A stretch of DNA of 64,000 bases from the human T2T-CHM13v2.0 reference genome, Homo sapiens. Below, in pieces: positions 59,601 to 64,000 of this stretch. A program made the position numbers and the translations under genes. A model generated the notes under the pieces. That model was not told the origin of the DNA, did no database searches, and saw only the letters and a list, made by a program, of their open reading frames with translations. The stretch lies in the NCBI RefSeq assembly GCF_009914755.1, contig NC_060944.1; one strand, 5' to 3'. Every line of letters begins with the position of its first letter. Positions within the stretch are counted from its first letter, which is position 1.

Positions 59601-61219
59601 TACCTGCTAGAGTAAAACCAGCAAGAACAACCCTGAAAAACTTCTGACCCCCACTCTTGTTATTCTGAATCTATTTTATAGGAAAAGTTTTCCTACTGGA
59701 GGTTTTGAGTACTCTACATCTTACACAGTTGCTGTCTTAAGGGGAAACTATTTGCCAGAAATTTGTGAATTCTCACACAGTAAGAAAAATAATCATTGGA
59801 TTTGGAACAATTTTACTAACCTCATTTCTCTTACTATGTTGGTTAAAGGACATTGATTGGATGATGTAATAACAATAGCAACATCAACAATAGTAATCAC
59901 AAACTCCTGTGTGATCGTATTCTTTATGGTAAATGTTATCATTATTTTAGTCTTCAAAGCAACTCTATGAAGTAAGGGTAATTGTTATCCCTACTCTACA
60001 AACAGGAAAACACCCACATTAGTTAGAAATGATTGATCTACATCAATGTTAAAAAAAAAAAAACTAAAGCTTTGTTATTGCTGCCTCCCAAAAATGTGAA
60101 TCATTTAATTTACCATAACAAAATATAAGAATAACATGAAATGTAGGCTTCTTCATATCAACCAGAGATTTCTCAGGGGTTTTACATTATTTAGAAATTT
60201 ATTGGTTTTTAGCTAGTCAGTCAGATAAGAGTGGAACAATAAATTACAATTTTCTATATTATCTTTGTCTAGATTCATTTTGAATTGTCTTTAAACAACA
60301 ATTCTAGTCCCCCCAAAACTTATCCACAACATTAATATGTAGAAGTTGAAGAACAGAAAATATTAAGGGATGGAGACGGAAGAATATACATTCAAGAAAT
60401 AAAAGAAGTAATCCCTCAGGGAGTGAGGGGAGTGAGATTACACAAGCTTTTTCCCCTAAACTGTTCCCAAATTGTTTGTTATAAAAAGAAAAACTAAAGA
60501 AAAATGCAGGGGTGTGTTATCTTCTCAAAGGAATTATATCTACTTCTGAGATGAGGAGTTTATACCTATAAGGACTAGAATCTGGAGTAAGAGGCACCTC
60601 TTGGATCCCTGCTTCCTCTCCTTCAGGTTGTCACTGGTGATTTGGAAGTGATCCTTTGTTACCATTGGCATTACCCGAACTTTAGCCATTCATTCCAGCA
60701 CCAAGGTGAGAGACACATCCAAAGAACACCAGGCAGTGCTGGGCACAACAACATTGAAACGTATATTGCAGAGAGAGGGGGCCCAGCCAGAGAGAGTGAG
60801 AATAATCCAAGGAGGAAGAGACAAATCATGAAACAGAGAGAAAACAATAAAAACCAGGCACGTAATGAGGCAAGAGCAAAAGGCTGGGGGATGCAACTGT
60901 GGAATAAAATTTGCAGTTCAGGAGCAAATTTTGCAATTATGAGAGTCCAGTCACCAACTGGGCTTGGGTGTCCTTGAACATATCATAGTCTTTGACCAAA
61001 GGAGCAAGAAATTCTAACATCTTTACCATTACCCTCATTTCTCAAAGGGGATTAACCTGACCTCCCCGTTGATTGTTATTTCAAGAAACCAGGCTCTAAG
61101 AGGTAAATCACTGAAAACATTTTGTGCTCACAGAAAGAATGAAAAGGAAGTGTTTGTAAGTAGTAAGAGTTGTAGTAATAATGGCAACAATTGCAACAGT
61201 AATGATGATAGTAATAATA

Positions 61220-61450
61220 GTTGAAATAATTATAAAAATTACATTTAATGAGAGCTTACCATATGCTTTCGCTGTGTTGCATGCTTATTTTAGACAATTC
61301 ACTTCATCTTCACAACTCTGCTTCACTCATTTTGCAGAAGAAGAAAGTAAGTCTCAGAGGTAAGTCATTTGTTGAAAGACATAGAATTAGCAGGGGCTGG
61401 AGCCAAGATTGGAATCAAAGTCTGTCTGAATATGGAGCTTAAGTTAACTT
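61220..61450 (-). mobile_element. MIR
   Basis: ctcattttgcagaagaagaaagtaagtctcagaggtaagtcatttg. Confidence 0.7.
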
Positions 61451-61459
61451 ATATATCCA

Positions 61460-64000
61460 GAAAGATGGATTAGACATACTGTTCTCTATTTCTTCTCTAA
61501 GTAAACTAAAAATCCTGGATGTGACGTATAAAACAAACAAAGGAGAACTCTGAAAGGTGAATAAAATAAGGCAGATAAACTAGGGGCCTTAGAACCCATG
61601 GAACAATGTGGTGGTGTGTTCTCTGGACTTGGATATGAAAAAGGAAGCAACCTGAAAATGTCAATGGACATAGAAAACAAGCAAACAAAGCATTTTTCAC
61701 TAGCCAAAGGACCAGGAAGGGGAATCTTAGAAAGAAAGAAAATTCCTAGACCATAATTATACTATTATAGCCAAAGAACAAAGAACAAACTGTAAACCCA
61801 CTCATGGCAGTAAGTATATTAAATGTAAATTGTCCAAATATACCAATTAAAAGACAAGGATGGGAAGAGTGGATTCAAAATGTAACTCAACTATATGCGG
61901 TCTACAAAAAAAAAGCACTTCAAATATAACAATATAGGTAGGTTAAAAGTAAAAGAATGAGAAAGATATATAAATATTAATTAAAAGAATACAAGAATGT
62001 CTATATTAATATCAGATAACATTATGTAATAGAAGAGTCAATCTGTCAAGAAGACATAGGAATCTTAATGTGTATGCATCAAGCAACAGAATTGCAAAAT
62101 ATGTGAAGCATAAACTGATAGAACTGAAAGGAAACAGAGATGTCCCATGATTATAGTTGGTGACTTCAACATCCCTCTCTCAACAATTGATATTTCTGTT
62201 CTAGAGAGAAAATCAGCAAGGATGTAGAAAACCTCAACACCACCATTAAACAGCAGGATCTAATTGACATTTATAGAACAACTCACTCAACATAGATAAA
62301 ATTCTGGACCATAAAACACACTTGAGCACATTTGAAAGAAATAAAATCACACAGAATAGATTCTTATACCTTAAGGAATCAAATACACATTGATAACAAA
62401 AAGATAAGAATACCTTCAAATATCTGGAAACTAAACAACACACTTCTAAATAATTCAAGAATTGGAGAGAAACTCTCAAAGGAAATTAAAAAATACATTG
62501 AACTAAATAAAGAAATGGAACATATCAAAATCTATGGGCTATTTTTAAGGCAGTTCTGAGAGAGAAATTTACAGCACTAAATGTATATATTCAAAAAGAT
62601 GAAAAAGTCTCAAACTAATAACCCAAGCCACATCAATAAACTAGAAAAAGGATAACAAAATAAATCCAACATAAGCAGAAGAAAGTAGTTAATAAAGATT
62701 AGAGCAGAAAACAATGGAATTGAATTGAAAACAGAGAAACAATACAGGAAGGTGAATGAAACAAAGAGCAGGTTATTCGAAAAGATCAATAAAATTGCCA
62801 AACCTCTATCAGGACTGTATCAGGGTTCTCCAGAGGGACAGAACAAGTAGGATATATGGAGGGGGATTTGTTAAGGGGAAGTGGCTCATAGGATCACAGA
62901 GGCAGAGAAGTTTTCCAATAGGCTGACTGTAGGCTGGAGAACCTGAAAAGCTGGTTGTGTGGCTCAAAACTGGTAGCATGGCTCAGCCCAAGTCCAAAAC
63001 CTCAGAACCAAAGAAGCTGACAGTGCAACCTCCAGTCAGGCCCAAAAGCCCCTGAGAGGCCACTGGGAAAAGTCTCAGAGTCAAAACCTGAAGACGTAGA
63101 GTCTGATGTCCAAAGGCAGGAGTAGGAAAAGCCTTCTCTCTGGAAAGGAGAGAGAAGGCAGAGGGAGCAAATCCGCATTCTCTGCCTGTCTGTTCCAAAT
63201 GGGCCTTCAGCTAATTGGATGGTGCCTGACCATAGTGAAGGTGAGTTTGTTTCTCTTAATCCACTGACTCAAAGATCAATGTCTACCAAAAACACTTGTA
63301 CAGACACATGAAAAACAGTGCCTCATCACCCATGTAGGCATCCCTCAGTCCAGTCAAATTGACACCTGAAATTAACCATCACAAAAACTGAAAAGAAAAA
63401 GAGAAGACACAAGCATATCAGAAATAACACAGGGAATATGAATACAACCCAATTCTTTGAAAAAAAAAACTATTACAAATAACTAAATATAAAATGATAA
63501 TTTGGATAGCCCTGTAACTGTTAAGTTAGCTAAATTCATAATTTTTAAAACTTTCAAAAAATAAATTTCCAGGCTCAGAAAGATATTTTCACTTTAACAA
63601 TTCTTCCAAATCATTAATGAACAAATAGCATCAATTTTACATAATCTCTTCCAAAAAAAGATTTTAAGTGAGTTTAACAAGGCCACATAACAAAAGATAA
63701 ATAGACAAAAATCTATTGTACTTCCATACACTACCAATAAGCACATGGACACTGACATATGTAATACCACTTCAATTTCTCAAAAATGAAATATCTAAGT
63801 ATAAATCTAGCAACACATGTAAGGAACTCATTTTCTGTAAACTCCAAAATACTGATTACATACAACAAATAACTATAAAATGGTGATACATACAATGTAC
63901 TGGGTGAGTCAACACAGTAAAGATGCCAGTTCTCTCCAAACTGGTGTACATCTTTAACACAACTACTATTAAAATCCAAGCAAAAATTTTGTAGATATGG
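61460..64000 (+). mobile_element. Old, internally deleted L1M running off the window end
   Basis: Decayed ORF2 endonuclease motifs (IIVGDFNIPLSTID, WKLNNTLLNN) and later ORF2 remnants. Confidence 0.78.
62816..63383 (-). mobile_element. ERVL solo LTR (MLT2B-like)
   Basis: tgtatcagggttctccagagggacagaac...ttgacacctgaaattaaccatcaca. Confidence 0.85.

Overview
Primate, almost certainly human, repeat-rich non-coding DNA (intronic or intergenic). I found no host protein-coding exon and nothing prokaryotic. The main feature is a full-length young L1HS-Ta retrotransposon on the minus strand (10415-16450, 14-15 bp TSD). Its 5'UTR, ORF0 and ORF1 are intact, but one nonsense change (K251*) splits ORF2 just after the endonuclease domain. 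Also present: a decayed, 5'-truncated EIF3C processed pseudogene (~4955-5764), older L1s (L1PA, L1MA, L1ME-type), eight Alus, MaLR/ERVL/ERV1 solo LTRs, hAT and Tigger fossils, MIR/L2 and microsatellites. Most unusual observations: (i) two interlocked inverted-repeat pairs at 43.8-45.0 kb, one a perfect 59-bp copy and one with ~175-bp arms; (ii) a rare 2-nt variant shared by the L1HS and an older L1PA 17 kb away, suggesting gene conversion; (iii) an L1PA truncated at the position homologous to its opposite-orientation host L1; (iv) a 3x68-bp repeat inside an Alu. Repeat subfamily names come from recalled consensus sequences, not a database search, and boundaries of old repeats are approximate.
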